This document shows, piece after piece, positions 1 through 10,807 of a DNA stretch of 64,000 bases. Every line of letters begins with the position of its first letter. The stretch's first letter is position 1. The DNA comes from Flavobacteriaceae bacterium. GTDB lineage: Bacteria > Bacteroidota > Bacteroidia > Flavobacteriales > Flavobacteriaceae. The stretch covers positions 10,407 to 74,406 of the forward strand of contig JALWKK010000085.1 in assembly GCA_027081505.1 (NCBI GenBank). Reading direction: 5' to 3'. Position numbers and translations under genes: made by a program. Under the pieces are notes generated by a model that was given only the letters and a program-made list of their open reading frames with translations, did no database searches and was not told the DNA's origin.

Positions 1-357
1 ATTTTTTATCCTATCCAACACTTCATTTGTAGAGCCTATAAAAGCAACGTTTAGATTATTCTCATCGCTTTTTTTTAATAAGTAGGGAAACAAATCCATT
101 CCGGCAATTCTTTTTTGCTTTACTTTATATAAAAGCTCCATCATTTTGGCGATGGGTGCGCCGTCCGGAAAGGCAATGGTAGCATTGTTTACTACTTTTT
201 CAAAGTTAGGGTCGTCATAGGCTTCTATACTCATATGAGCGTTTACCAAACAAACGTAAGAAGGCTTGTGATGCTTTGCCAAATCAAGCATTACCGGAGT
301 AGCTTCTTCTAATGAAGTATGGGTAACCAAAGATTTTATTACCTTTAACTTTTTCAT
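1..357 (-). CDS. WecB/TagA/CpsF family glycosyltransferase (3' end runs off window)
   Basis: Hand translation from ATG at 357: MKKLKVIKSL...YVCLVNAHM...AFPDGAPI...KRIAGMDLF, typical of WecB/TagA; not in ORF track. Confidence 0.85.
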   Translation of the reverse strand, partial: MKKLKVIKSLVTHTSLEEATPVMLDLAKHHKPSYVCLVNAHMSIEAYDDPNFEKVVNNATIAFPDGAPIAKMMELLYKVKQKRIAGMDLFPYLLKKSDENNLNVAFIGSTNEVLDRIKN

Positions 358-412
358 TTATTGTTTTTTGTTTTATGAATTATTAATTAAATCTATATTC
401 TTTTATTCGTTC

Positions 413-1561
413 TCATTTTGTTAATTTGGCTACAACTCTGTTATAAATTTCTATTAAATGAGTATAATTAATATCATGAGTATATTTTTCTAAAAAGGTT
501 GCATAGGCATTGTCATAATATTTTTGGGTTCTTTGTGACTCAAATTTTTTAATTGTTTTTATTAAATGAGTCGGGTTTGAGGTTTTAAAGAGTTCTCCGT
601 TAAATCCTTTCGTAACCAGCGTGTTAATGTTATCTATATTTGATGCGATAACCGGTGTTCCTGCTGCAAAAGATTCGATGATGGTATTGGGTAATCCTTC
701 ATAAATTATTGATGAAAACAATAATGCTTTTGCTGTTTTTAATTTTTGGGCTATGACAGAGGGAGGTTGCTTACCCAAAAACAAAATATTTTTATTGGCA
801 GTTTTTTTTAACTCATTTTCTAATTCACCGGAGCCTATAATGCTTAATTGTAGATCGGGCATTTTGTTGAAGGCTTCTATTAAAATATGTATTGCTTTTT
901 CTTTTGAAAACCTGCCCACAAACACATATTCTTTTCTTGCAGTATAATGTATCACTTTATTTTTGGCTATGTCATCGGTGCTGTTGGCTTTAACAACTAT
1001 TTGTTGCGGATTTATTTTAAGTGCCGAGTTTAAAAAAATAGATTTAGCTGTTTCGGTTAAAGCAATAATCTTGGTGGGCTTTTGCCAAGTTTTTAGAATA
1101 TTATGATAAGCAAGAGCTGTGGATAAGAGTATGCTTTTTGAGTAGGATTGTTTAAAACATTTATATATCATTCCACCAATAGGAATGGTTTTGTTCTTGC
1201 AAATGGTACACAAAGAATCTTTTCTTAAAAACATACCGTTGGGACAAATTAGCCGGTAGTTATGGAGTGTTAATACAAGCGGAATATTGTATTTTCGGGC
1301 GGCATAAAGAACACTCGGTGAAGCTTGATAAAAAAGGTTATGAACATGAATAACATCGGGTTTAAATTGCTTTATAGCTTTATTAATAATGTCTTCGGAT
1401 TCTTTATTATAAAATAGTCGAGTGGGCAAAACAGACTCGTTGTTAAAAAAGATTTGTTTCACGTTTTGCCCTCTATTTGATAATAATTGAAACTCTTTGT
1501 TTACAACAACATCTTCTCCTCCGGATTGCTTATAGGTGTTATGTACTTGAAGGATGTTCAT
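413..1561 (-). CDS. Glycosyltransferase family 4
   Basis: GGED, HVHN, FVGR..KEK, YEGLPNTIIESFAAGTPVI GT-B motifs. Confidence 0.92.
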   Translation of the reverse strand: MNILQVHNTYKQSGGEDVVVNKEFQLLSNRGQNVKQIFFNNESVLPTRLFYNKESEDIINKAIKQFKPDVIHVHNLFYQASPSVLYAARKYNIPLVLTLHNYRLICPNGMFLRKDSLCTICKNKTIPIGGMIYKCFKQSYSKSILLSTALAYHNILKTWQKPTKIIALTETAKSIFLNSALKINPQQIVVKANSTDDIAKNKVIHYTARKEYVFVGRFSKEKAIHILIEAFNKMPDLQLSIIGSGELENELKKTANKNILFLGKQPPSVIAQKLKTAKALLFSSIIYEGLPNTIIESFAAGTPVIASNIDNINTLVTKGFNGELFKTSNPTHLIKTIKKFESQRTQKYYDNAYATFLEKYTHDINYTHLIEIYNRVVAKLTK

Positions 1562-2775
1562 GCTTTCAAGGTTTTTTTGTATAAAATAGTGCTAAAAAAA
1601 GCAAAAAACAACACTCCTGCATTGATTATTAAATACGATTCGGTTAACCCGGATAAACTGAACAATAAGCAAAAAACCACATAGAAATAATTTTTTCTTG
1701 TATAAGAATAGTAGCTTGTATAAACTAAAAAAGATATAAATAAGAGAAGTCCTATTAATCCCGAACGAACTAAGGATTGTAAAAAAATATTATGTGCATG
1801 AAAAACAGAATTTCCAACCAATAATTGGTTCTTCATATACACTTTATAACAGAGTGTTAAGCGGTCTTGCTCGTCTCCTACACCGACACCTAACCACAAG
1901 TGGTTTTGAGAGACTTTAAGGGCGCAATCCCAAATTAAGAGGCGCATTCCGGTGCCGCCCCAATAATGAGATCCCGTTTGGGTATTGTTCTCGTAGTTTA
2001 TTATCTCAACCCATTTTTGTTGCGTCTTAGTGTTAAAAAACAATAAGAAGATTGTGGAAAAAACTAATAAAAAAGCTATTTTTCCTATTGGTTTTTTTAT
2101 ACTAAATACACTTGCTACAAGGACAATAATAACGGATAAGAAAAGGGCGGTTCTGCTTCCTAACAAAATTAATAAAGCAAATAACCCGAATAATAAAACC
2201 AGATTAAACAAAGTGTGCTTTCTCTGAAAACAAAACACTTTATAAACCATAAATGCAAAGGAGACTAATGCGTACAAAGAAAGAGATAAATAATGAATAC
2301 TTCCGATAGCGTTGGATAGGTTGTTCGAAGTAAACAAAGCAGCATTAAAACCCTGCCCGCTTTTGACCGTATTTACCGCTTGTGCGCCAGCTGAAACCAA
2401 TCCAAAAACAAATACCGATATCGTAAAGAAATAAATTATTTTTTCAATTTGTGATTGTTTTAATTGGTAAGGAATGGTAAAAACAATGAGCGGAGAAAGC
2501 AATAAAAATGATTGTAAAAGAATTTTTTTTTGAAAATATAAAAGGTTTTCAGAGTAAAAAAAACTTACGGTATAAAACAAATAGTAGGCAGTAAAAAAAA
2601 AAAGATGTTTTAGAGTTTTCTTGGTAAGGGTTATTTTACCAAACAATAAATGCAATACCCAAAATACTGCAATAACAGCAAACATAACATTGGGTAAAGC
2701 CGGTCCCCATGGCAATGTTACAGCCATTAAACATAGTATTAAAAACCAATTGTTGCTATTTAAAAAGTTATTCAT
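1558..2775 (-). CDS. O-antigen ligase family membrane protein
   Basis: Multi-TM; GSR, R..IW, GVGVG and HAHN motifs of Wzy_C/WaaL family. Confidence 0.85.
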   Translation of the reverse strand: MNNFLNSNNWFLILCLMAVTLPWGPALPNVMFAVIAVFWVLHLLFGKITLTKKTLKHLFFFTAYYLFYTVSFFYSENLLYFQKKILLQSFLLLSPLIVFTIPYQLKQSQIEKIIYFFTISVFVFGLVSAGAQAVNTVKSGQGFNAALFTSNNLSNAIGSIHYLSLSLYALVSFAFMVYKVFCFQRKHTLFNLVLLFGLFALLILLGSRTALFLSVIIVLVASVFSIKKPIGKIAFLLVFSTIFLLFFNTKTQQKWVEIINYENNTQTGSHYWGGTGMRLLIWDCALKVSQNHLWLGVGVGDEQDRLTLCYKVYMKNQLLVGNSVFHAHNIFLQSLVRSGLIGLLLFISFLVYTSYYSYTRKNYFYVVFCLLFSLSGLTESYLIINAGVLFFAFFSTILYKKTLKA

Positions 2776-4102
2776 TTGTTTCAGATAACTTGGTAAATAT
2801 ATCTAATTCTGTTAGTTTAACAAAAAGCAGTAACGGCAACATAAATTCGACAACTTCAAAATAATACTGAAAAGCAAAAAGCAACAGACTATAATAAAAC
2901 AGGAACGAAAAATATTTCCTTTTATTTGAGTTTTTAAGTTTGTTTTTAATAGTTAGTATTGAGTTAAAAAATAAAAATAAGATGATTAAGCCGCTTATAA
3001 TTCCGTATTCTGCCAATAAAGATATTATTGAAGAAAAAGGTTGGTTTCGGGTTCCGTCGTTCCAAGGTGTTTTTTTTAAATAGGTCCGGTTTGATATAGG
3101 ATAAACTCTTTCTTTATGGTAGGAAGACACATACTTGAGGTGTTTTCTTAAAAAAGTATTTGAAATAAAATCTCCATTAAGATAAAAGGCAACTCTAGAG
3201 TTATAAGTTCCCGGTGAAGTACCCAGCAAAAACACCTTTGGCTTACTCAAAAACAATCTTAAACTGCCGTCCACAAAAGTAAAATACCTAGGCACAAAGG
3301 TTCGTTCATAGTTATTAATTTTTTTTATTTCTTTATCATAGTCGTATTCTGTAAAGATAAGTTTTGCATAGGCAATATTTTTGTTTAAATAATCAAAATT
3401 ACCGGGGTTTATACTGTAAATAATTATAAAAAAACCAATGGATAGCAGTGCTATCTTAATTATCAATAAAACGTTTTTTGCAAAAACGGGCAACAAAGCC
3501 ATACCGAAAGCTAAAATAAAAATAAACAAGCCTTGACCATAAAATCCTAATATCCCGCAGATAAAGAAGAAGGTAAATTTCTTGTATTGTTGGTCAAAGA
3601 AATATTTTACACTAACCAAAAAATTTATTACCGACAAGGTATGTGCGCCGACACCTCCTTTACCAAAAAGTCCTGTAAAGATATCATCGGGATATGTAGC
3701 AGTAGCCAGAACAATGACTGCATAAATTGCTGCAGACATATTTATTATGACCAAAACCCGAGTGAAAACAGAAAAGAATTTTTCAAAAAATCGGGTGTTT
3801 GTTAATTTGTTTTTGTGGTTTGGCGGTTTTGTTGTTAAAAAAAACACCGTGGGCATAACTACCAAAAATGAAAAAAACAAATTTGGAAAATAATTTCCTT
3901 CCATTGCAACAGAAATAACGGAGGTTACTGTAATGATGAGGGTGGTTAATATGGTGTTTTTGGTAATTTTAAAATGAAATGTAACTATAATAAAAAAAAC
4001 AAAAACCGGATACAGGAGAATTAAAAGTTGTCTAAAAAAAGTTAAAGATACCAATGCAATAACAACAAAAAGTACAGTGCTTATTTTTTGAATATTATAC
4101 AT
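2768..4102 (-). CDS. Polytopic membrane protein, probable polysaccharide polymerase (Wzy-like)
   Basis: Many hydrophobic segments, AEYGI motif, position in polysaccharide operon. Confidence 0.55.
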   Translation of the reverse strand: MYNIQKISTVLFVVIALVSLTFFRQLLILLYPVFVFFIIVTFHFKITKNTILTTLIITVTSVISVAMEGNYFPNLFFSFLVVMPTVFFLTTKPPNHKNKLTNTRFFEKFFSVFTRVLVIINMSAAIYAVIVLATATYPDDIFTGLFGKGGVGAHTLSVINFLVSVKYFFDQQYKKFTFFFICGILGFYGQGLFIFILAFGMALLPVFAKNVLLIIKIALLSIGFFIIIYSINPGNFDYLNKNIAYAKLIFTEYDYDKEIKKINNYERTFVPRYFTFVDGSLRLFLSKPKVFLLGTSPGTYNSRVAFYLNGDFISNTFLRKHLKYVSSYHKERVYPISNRTYLKKTPWNDGTRNQPFSSIISLLAEYGIISGLIILFLFFNSILTIKNKLKNSNKRKYFSFLFYYSLLLFAFQYYFEVVEFMLPLLLFVKLTELDIFTKLSETNE

Positions 4103-4135
4103 TGTTTTTTTATTATTTTGATTGGATTTAACATT

Positions 4136-4965
4136 TTATGTCAACTGTTCTTCGTAGCCCAGTCTTAAAATAATCTCTTTTGTATATTCTAAAAACTTTT
4201 TATTGTCTTCTTCTGAAAAGTAGTTTTTCCAATCACCACTTATACCTTTTCTTAAAAAGCTATCCCTGTTTTCTTCTCCTCTTTTTCTACGAGTCTGCGT
4301 TTCAAACGAATATTTGTGTATTATAGTGTTTAATTTTTTTTTCATTTAAGTTTTTTATTTCAAAAAATTCTGTCAATAATTTTACCATCGTGCTTTTTGT
4401 GTCGGACAATAAATCTTCATATCTAATCAAATAAATATTATTGTTTTTAGAATAAACTTCTAACCAAGATTTGTTAAATGAATGCCAATTGCCATAATAT
4501 GTGAAATGTTGGATTTTTGAAGGATTATTTACAAAGGTAAAATCTATGAACTTAGATAAGTTTTCTTTTACATTATCGAAATTTTCACCTCCAAATTCTT
4601 TAAAATTTTTTTCTGTAATATAGAACATCTTTTTTTTGATTGATATTTTTCTCGTTAAAAAACAATTGATGAAAATAAAGAGAAATTAATACGTCTCTGC
4701 CATCTCTGACTAAAAATATTATTTTTTTATTTTTTTTAATCCATCCTCTTGGGAGATAATGTCCTAGATATAATGATTTATTTAAAGAAGGCATTTTGTG
4801 TCTCGGAAAAGGTATTTGTAAATATTCTGAAACTAATTGCCCCAACCAAGTGCCTCCTGATTTTGGGTATTCAATTAATAATACCGACTTATTTAGTATA
4901 GTCAAAGAATTTACAAATAATAATCGTGTAAAATTGATACCCTTATTTTTTAAAGTGTTAAACAT
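4136..4965 (-). pseudogene. Sulfotransferase (Sulfotransfer_1) split by two +1 frameshifts
   Basis: Three overlapping ORFs carry 5'PSB YPKSGGTW, 3'PB RDGRDVLIS, RYEDL and RKGISGDWKNYF; removing one A from each of two A-runs joins them. Confidence 0.85.
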
Positions 4966-4967
4966 AT

Positions 4968-6302
4968 TTACTTACTTTTATTGTTATGTTTTCTAGTGAT
5001 AAATTTGGGAATATATATAGAGCGAATATGTAATTTTTTATAGATGTAGTAAGCGCAAGTAAAATTCCAAAACACCATACTAGCGGCAGTTGCTATGGCT
5101 ACCCCTTCCGTTCCGTAGGGTTTTGCCAAAAATAAATTAAGCACAAGGTTAATAAGCAATGCTAATAAGAGTATCTTAGTTAATAATTTTTGTAACCCCG
5201 TCATTTGCATAATACTCCATACCGAACCGCTTATAGAGTTAATCATTTGTGCGACACACATAATATACAGTACCGTTTGTCCTTGCAAATACCCTTTCCC
5301 AAACATACCGAAAATATATTTGTTAAAAAGTAAAACCAATACCACTACGATACTTGAAACTAATAAATTAACTTTAGATATATAATCTATTTCTTTTTGC
5401 ATAAGTGTAATATCAGAGTCATGAAAGGCTCTTGATATTTTTGGGGTTAAAATGGAGTTAACCGCATCTAAGCTAAAAACGATAAGTGTTGCAATACGCA
5501 AAGCTATGTCGTAAACTCCTATTAGTTCTTCGGTTACGTAAACTCCTAAAAAAACCCTGTCTATCCAAGCCAACAAAATAACCAATATAGCAGATATATA
5601 AATTTGTTTTGCATCTTTAAAAAATTCTTTAAAAGTCGTATTAAAAGATATTCTTATGGGTTTAACTTTTTTGATTACTAATAAAATAGCCAAAAAAGCA
5701 AGAAATAGTAACCCTGCCAAATGAGAAGTAAGGGGTGCTAATTGGTCATTACCACGAAAGAGAAACAATACAGCAACCAACAGCAACACACTGAAAAAAA
5801 ACCTGCCAAATGTGTTGAAAATCGAAAATAAAAATATGTTTTTTAAACCTCTGAAAACAGAAGATGTGATTTGCATTAATACCCAAAAAGGAATAGTGAT
5901 ACTTACTATTTTTAAATAAGGAGCAAAGTCCGGTTTATTAAAAAAAAAGGTAGCAATAAATTGACTAAAATAATAAATGACCAGCCCGACCAAACAAGAT
6001 AATACAAAAGAAACCAAAGCGGCGGTATAATAAAAAGAAGAATGATTTTTTATGCTGTTTTTTTTTGCAAAATACTTGGTGAGTGTAATATCAAACCCCA
6101 AAGTGGTTACTACTCCGCTAATAACCATAATAGTAAAAGCCAAGGTTACATAACCGTAAGTGGCTTCGCCATAATAATGTACTGTTAACCAAGAAAACAC
6201 GTAGCCCAATATAAATCCGGCGACTCGCAACACCAAATATACACCGCTTTTAAACAGTAGTTCATTATTTATTAACCCGGATATTGTTTTGCTGTTAATC
6301 AT
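4968..6302 (-). CDS. Polysaccharide flippase (Wzx/MOP family)
   Basis: About 12 TM, DRVFLG..GVY, YGTEGVAIAT. Confidence 0.88.
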   Translation of the reverse strand: MINSKTISGLINNELLFKSGVYLVLRVAGFILGYVFSWLTVHYYGEATYGYVTLAFTIMVISGVVTTLGFDITLTKYFAKKNSIKNHSSFYYTAALVSFVLSCLVGLVIYYFSQFIATFFFNKPDFAPYLKIVSITIPFWVLMQITSSVFRGLKNIFLFSIFNTFGRFFFSVLLLVAVLFLFRGNDQLAPLTSHLAGLLFLAFLAILLVIKKVKPIRISFNTTFKEFFKDAKQIYISAILVILLAWIDRVFLGVYVTEELIGVYDIALRIATLIVFSLDAVNSILTPKISRAFHDSDITLMQKEIDYISKVNLLVSSIVVVLVLLFNKYIFGMFGKGYLQGQTVLYIMCVAQMINSISGSVWSIMQMTGLQKLLTKILLLALLINLVLNLFLAKPYGTEGVAIATAASMVFWNFTCAYYIYKKLHIRSIYIPKFITRKHNNKSK

Positions 6303-6756
6303 TATTTTTAAATTGTACGTTTTTTAAAGACAAACTAACTATTCTCTCTTTTGCTTTTATAGCCAATCCATATCTAATTTCGGGGAAACTCTTGTTTTGC
6401 AAAACTACCTTTCTTTTATAAAGCAGTTGGTTATCATTATTTACAAGGGGCAAATCCATGTTTATAAATTCGTTTCCGGTTGTATTGGTATAAGCGTGAA
6501 AATAGATAAACGAGTTATTATACTTAGTGATGTTGCCGGTTATTTTCGCTTGCAAAATAAGGGTGTCTCTTTTTTTTTGATAAAAAAATGATTCTAATTT
6601 TATTTCTTGTTCTTCAAAAATATAAGGGTGTTTTATCAGGCTTATGGTATTTAAAACAGTATCTTTTTCGGGAATATAATACATGCTTGTATCATAGGGT
6701 TTCTTTTTACAGGCAAAGCAACATAACAACCCGATAAAGATTATTTTTTTTTTCAT
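6295..6756 (-). CDS. Hypothetical lipoprotein
   Basis: Signal peptide with FAC lipobox; coupled to neighbours. Confidence 0.6.
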   Translation of the reverse strand: MKKKIIFIGLLCCFACKKKPYDTSMYYIPEKDTVLNTISLIKHPYIFEEQEIKLESFFYQKKRDTLILQAKITGNITKYNNSFIYFHAYTNTTGNEFINMDLPLVNNDNQLLYKRKVVLQNKSFPEIRYGLAIKAKERIVSLSLKNVQFKNND

Positions 6757-7806
6757 TTAAGAGCGCTTTTGCAGGTAATGTGAGTAAAGTTTTTTAATTC
6801 CTGTTTCTAAATCTATGGTATGTTTCCATCCGAAAGAGTGAATTTTAGAAACATCGGTTAGTTTGCGTAAGGTTCCGTCGGGTTGGGTAGCGTCAAAGAG
6901 AATAGTGCCTTTATAACCGATAATTTTTTTAATAAGCGTGGCTAGTTCTTTGATTGATATTTCAATTCCGCTCCCTATATTAATATGTGTATTTCTTATT
7001 TCCGAAGTTTTGGGTTTTATATCGTTAAAGTTCAGGTGGTTCATAATAAAAACACAAGCTTGAGCCATATCTTGTGACCACAAAAATTCTCTTTTGGGTT
7101 TTCCAGTTCCGTAAAGAGTGATTTGGTTTTTATGAATTTTGTGTTTGGTGAGTATTTTTTTGGCATCTTGTATGGAGTTTACTCCGAGGTCTTTTAAAAG
7201 TAATTCTTGATTGTTTTCTTCTAAGAGTTTTCCAAGATGTATTTTTCTAATTAAAGCCGGTAGTACATGAGATGTTTCCAAATCAAAATTGTCGTTATAG
7301 CCGTATAGGTTTGTTGGCATAACCGATAAATAATTGGTATTGTGTTGTAAATTATAGCTTTCGCACATTTTTATTCCGGCAATTTTTGCTATGGCGTATG
7401 GTTCGTTTGTGTATTCCAACTCTCCCGTTAAAAGATATTCTTCTTTTAATGGTTGTGGTGCGTTTTTCGGATAAATGCAGGTGCTTCCTAAGAAAAGCAG
7501 TTTTTTAACTTTGTTCAGATAACTTTGGTGTATAACATGAGTTTGTATCAATAAGTTATCATAAATAAAGTTGGCGCGATACCTGTTGTTTGCAATAATT
7601 CCTCCTACCTTGGCAGCTGCTAAAAAGACGTATTCGGGTTGATATTTTGAAAAAAAAACTTCTACCTCTTTTTGGTTTGTTAAATCTACTTCTTGGTGGG
7701 TTTTTGTGATAATATTTTTGTATCCTTGTTGTTTTAACTCTCTTACTATCGCGCTTCCTACCAATCCTCTATGACCGGCTACATAAATTGTACTGTTTTT
7801 ATCCAT
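6757..7806 (-). CDS. fcl: GDP-L-fucose synthase
   Basis: GHRGLVGSA, AAAKVGGI, LGSTCIYP, YAIAK, SHVLPAL. Confidence 0.96.
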   Translation of the reverse strand: MDKNSTIYVAGHRGLVGSAIVRELKQQGYKNIITKTHQEVDLTNQKEVEVFFSKYQPEYVFLAAAKVGGIIANNRYRANFIYDNLLIQTHVIHQSYLNKVKKLLFLGSTCIYPKNAPQPLKEEYLLTGELEYTNEPYAIAKIAGIKMCESYNLQHNTNYLSVMPTNLYGYNDNFDLETSHVLPALIRKIHLGKLLEENNQELLLKDLGVNSIQDAKKILTKHKIHKNQITLYGTGKPKREFLWSQDMAQACVFIMNHLNFNDIKPKTSEIRNTHINIGSGIEISIKELATLIKKIIGYKGTILFDATQPDGTLRKLTDVSKIHSFGWKHTIDLETGIKKLYSHYLQKRS

Positions 7807-7815
7807 TAGTTAAGG

Positions 7816-8934
7816 TTATTCAAAGTAATTAAGGGTTTTGTATCCTCCTTCTTTTAAATATTCTTCTTTTTTCATAAGTTGAATATCGCTTTCTAACATT
7901 TCATTTACCAATTGGTCAATTGTATATTTTGCTTTCCAATTTAATTTTTGTCTTGCTTTTGAAGCATCTCCGATAAGCAAGTCCACCTCGGTTGGTCTAA
8001 AATATCTGGGGTCTATATTTATTACTTCTTTACCCTTTGAGAGTTTGTAATTCGGGTTGTTTGATTTTACTACATATCCTTTTTCGTTTATTCCTTTTCC
8101 TTTAAACTCAAGTTCAACTCCTATATAATTAAATGCTTTTATTAAAAAATCTCTAACGGTTGTGGTTTGTCCGGTAGCAATAACCCAATCTTCGGGTTTA
8201 TGAGCCTGTAAAATAAGCCACATCATTTCTACATAATCTTTTGCGTGACCCCAATCTCTTTTTGCGTCAAGGTTTCCTAAGTAAACTTTATCTTGTAACC
8301 CCAAGGCTATTCTGGCTACGGCACGAGTAATTTTTCTGGTAACAAAAGTTTCTCCTCGTATGGGAGATTCATGATTAAACAATATTCCGTTACAAGCAAA
8401 AAAGTTGTATGCTTCTCTATAGTTTACCGTTATCCAGTAGGCATAAAGTTTTGCAACAGCATAAGGACTTCTGGGATAAAACGGTGTGTTTTCGTTTTGG
8501 GGTATTTGTTGTACTTTTCCGTAAAGTTCAGAAGTAGAGGCTTGGTATATTTTTGTTTTGTTTTTTAAGCCCAAAATTCGAATGCTTTCTAACAATCTCA
8601 GTGCGCCCAAAGCATCGGTATTTGCGGTATATTCAGGCATCTCAAAAGATACTTGTACGTGGCTCATCGCACCTAAGTTGTATATTTCATCGGGTTGTGT
8701 TTCTTGAATGATACGCAACAAATTGGTCGAATCTGTTAGGTCTCCGTAGTGTAAAAAAAAGTTTTTGTTTTCTATATGAGGGTCTTGATAGAGGTGGTCT
8801 ATTCTTTCGGTATTAAAACTGGATGCACGTCGTTTTATACCATGTACCCGATATCCTTTTTTCAGTAAAAATTCGCTTAAATACGCTCCATCTTGACCGG
8901 TAACGCCTGTAATAAGTGCTGTTTTGGGTTTCAT
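7816..8934 (-). CDS. gmd: GDP-mannose 4,6-dehydratase
   Basis: [36 protein letters not shown]. Confidence 0.98.
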   Translation of the reverse strand: MKPKTALITGVTGQDGAYLSEFLLKKGYRVHGIKRRASSFNTERIDHLYQDPHIENKNFFLHYGDLTDSTNLLRIIQETQPDEIYNLGAMSHVQVSFEMPEYTANTDALGALRLLESIRILGLKNKTKIYQASTSELYGKVQQIPQNENTPFYPRSPYAVAKLYAYWITVNYREAYNFFACNGILFNHESPIRGETFVTRKITRAVARIALGLQDKVYLGNLDAKRDWGHAKDYVEMMWLILQAHKPEDWVIATGQTTTVRDFLIKAFNYIGVELEFKGKGINEKGYVVKSNNPNYKLSKGKEVINIDPRYFRPTEVDLLIGDASKARQKLNWKAKYTIDQLVNEMLESDIQLMKKEEYLKEGGYKTLNYFE

Positions 8935-9915
8935 TTAATTGTGTTTAATATAGGCTTTAAGTGTATTATAGGTGTATTTTAAGAAATTTACGCCAAGAAA
9001 AAGAAAAACAAACAGTATGGGATAAAGCACTATACTATTTCCAGATAGTCCTGTCTCAATGTTTGTAATTACATAAGGGTTAACCGGTGTAATCACTTTT
9101 TCAGTCATTATAGCTTCATTTTCTAAATTTCTTAAGATTCTTAAAATGTTTCTTTCTTTCTCTAAAAGTTCATCCAAACTAAAATTTTTGTCAACAACTA
9201 TTAGGTCTTTGTCGTTCTCATCGGCTATAACCGTTGTTGAGCTTTTGGAATAAACAGACATAATCTCTCTTATTCTTAACAATGTGTTATTATATATTTC
9301 TAATTCACGAGTGTTGTTTTTTTGCGCTTGTATGTTTAGTTTTTTAATTAGAGGTGTTTCGTTAAAATAGGTTAGCAGGGTTTCAACTTCTTTGTAGCCA
9401 TCATTTCCTATCAAGTCTATTTGTAATATGTGCTCTCTAAGGTCTGTTGCGAAGTTTTCGATAATATTTGATTTGTCAAACATCAAGTTTTTGATTAATG
9501 CCTCAAAAGTTTTGTTGGTTGACCCGTAGGTTCCCACAATGTCACTAAACTTTAATAGTGGAGTTAACTTTATACCGGTAATTCTAACGTCTCCGGTTGA
9601 AAAACCGTTATTTTTTAAAAACAGTGTATCATTCTCTTTAATTTTCTTATCTAAAAGCTCGGTTTGTACGTACGCATAATTTACTGCTTTTGGTGAAATG
9701 TACAACAAAATCTTTGTTGTTTTTCCGGTAATTTTGTTAGATTGTTTATAATAACCAAAACCAACTCCTATAATAATTAAGAGAAGCAGTATTAACCGGT
9801 TTCTTTTAATAAAATCTATCCCTTCAAAAACTTTGATGATCAGTTTTTTAAAGCCCTTTGTTATTGCTTGAATTACTTGCAATAAATCTATTTCGTCTTT
9901 GTTAATTTCGCTCAT
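8935..9915 (-). CDS. Wzz-like chain-length determinant / two-TM membrane protein
   Basis: N-terminal DEIDL, TM near each end, coiled periplasmic region. Confidence 0.6.
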   Translation of the reverse strand: MSEINKDEIDLLQVIQAITKGFKKLIIKVFEGIDFIKRNRLILLLLIIIGVGFGYYKQSNKITGKTTKILLYISPKAVNYAYVQTELLDKKIKENDTLFLKNNGFSTGDVRITGIKLTPLLKFSDIVGTYGSTNKTFEALIKNLMFDKSNIIENFATDLREHILQIDLIGNDGYKEVETLLTYFNETPLIKKLNIQAQKNNTRELEIYNNTLLRIREIMSVYSKSSTTVIADENDKDLIVVDKNFSLDELLEKERNILRILRNLENEAIMTEKVITPVNPYVITNIETGLSGNSIVLYPILFVFLFLGVNFLKYTYNTLKAYIKHN

Positions 9916-10780
9916 TTTTGTTGATGCTTATTTTAGTTGATACTATATTTTGTAATCGCTCTTTCCAAAAATGCAAGGTAACACCAAAACTTAGTTTTAT
10001 CTTCGACGTGTCTAAAATACAATATTCCGGTCTTTTGGCAAATGTAGGATAATGATTGGTTTTGGCAATACCTCCTCCGTTTTTTATATTCGAAATGGTT
10101 TCTATTTCTTTTGCAAAATGATACCAAGTTGTTTCTCCCGAATTACTAAAATGATAGGTTCCGTATTGCGAGGTATCTCTTTCAATAATCGTTAATAAGG
10201 TTTTTGCCAAATCGTTTGCGTTAGTGGGCACTCCCACTTGTTCGGTTGTAATGGTTAGTTTGTTTCCTGCCTCCAAATGTTTTAGAATGGTTTTAAAAAA
10301 GTTATGCCCATATTGCGAATATAACCAAGAGGTTCTTACAATATAGTACTTTTCTAAAATTTCTTGTATATACTCTTCTCCTTTTAACTTTGAAGCTCCG
10401 TAAACATTTATGGGATTTGCCTTATCTTCTTCAACATACGGAGTTTTCTTATTGCCGTCAAAAACATAATCGGTAGAGATGTGAAGTAGCGTACTGTTGT
10501 TTTCTTCACAAGCAACTGCAAGATTTTTTACAGCTTCTGCATTTATTAAAAAGGCTTTTTCTTGTTCTTCTTCGGCTTTATCTACATTGGTATATGCCGC
10601 CGTATTTATACAAAAATCCGGTTTGTGCAGGTTAAAATTTTGTTTTATTTCTTCTTTATTTGTAATGTCTAATTCTTCTTTTGAAAGAAAAACAAATTCA
10701 AATTCAGGAAAACATAAAGCCATGTCTTGAATACATCTCCCTAATTGACCTGTTGCGCCGGTAACTAATATTTTTTTCAT
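9902..10780 (-). CDS. rfbD: dTDP-4-dehydrorhamnose reductase
   Basis: GATGQLG, AAYTNVDKAE, STDYVFDG, YGASK. Confidence 0.96.
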   Translation of the reverse strand: MKKILVTGATGQLGRCIQDMALCFPEFEFVFLSKEELDITNKEEIKQNFNLHKPDFCINTAAYTNVDKAEEEQEKAFLINAEAVKNLAVACEENNSTLLHISTDYVFDGNKKTPYVEEDKANPINVYGASKLKGEEYIQEILEKYYIVRTSWLYSQYGHNFFKTILKHLEAGNKLTITTEQVGVPTNANDLAKTLLTIIERDTSQYGTYHFSNSGETTWYHFAKEIETISNIKNGGGIAKTNHYPTFAKRPEYCILDTSKIKLSFGVTLHFWKERLQNIVSTKISINKNERN

Positions 10781-10807
10781 AATGCCCTGTAAAAACAGGT
10801 GGTTTAT

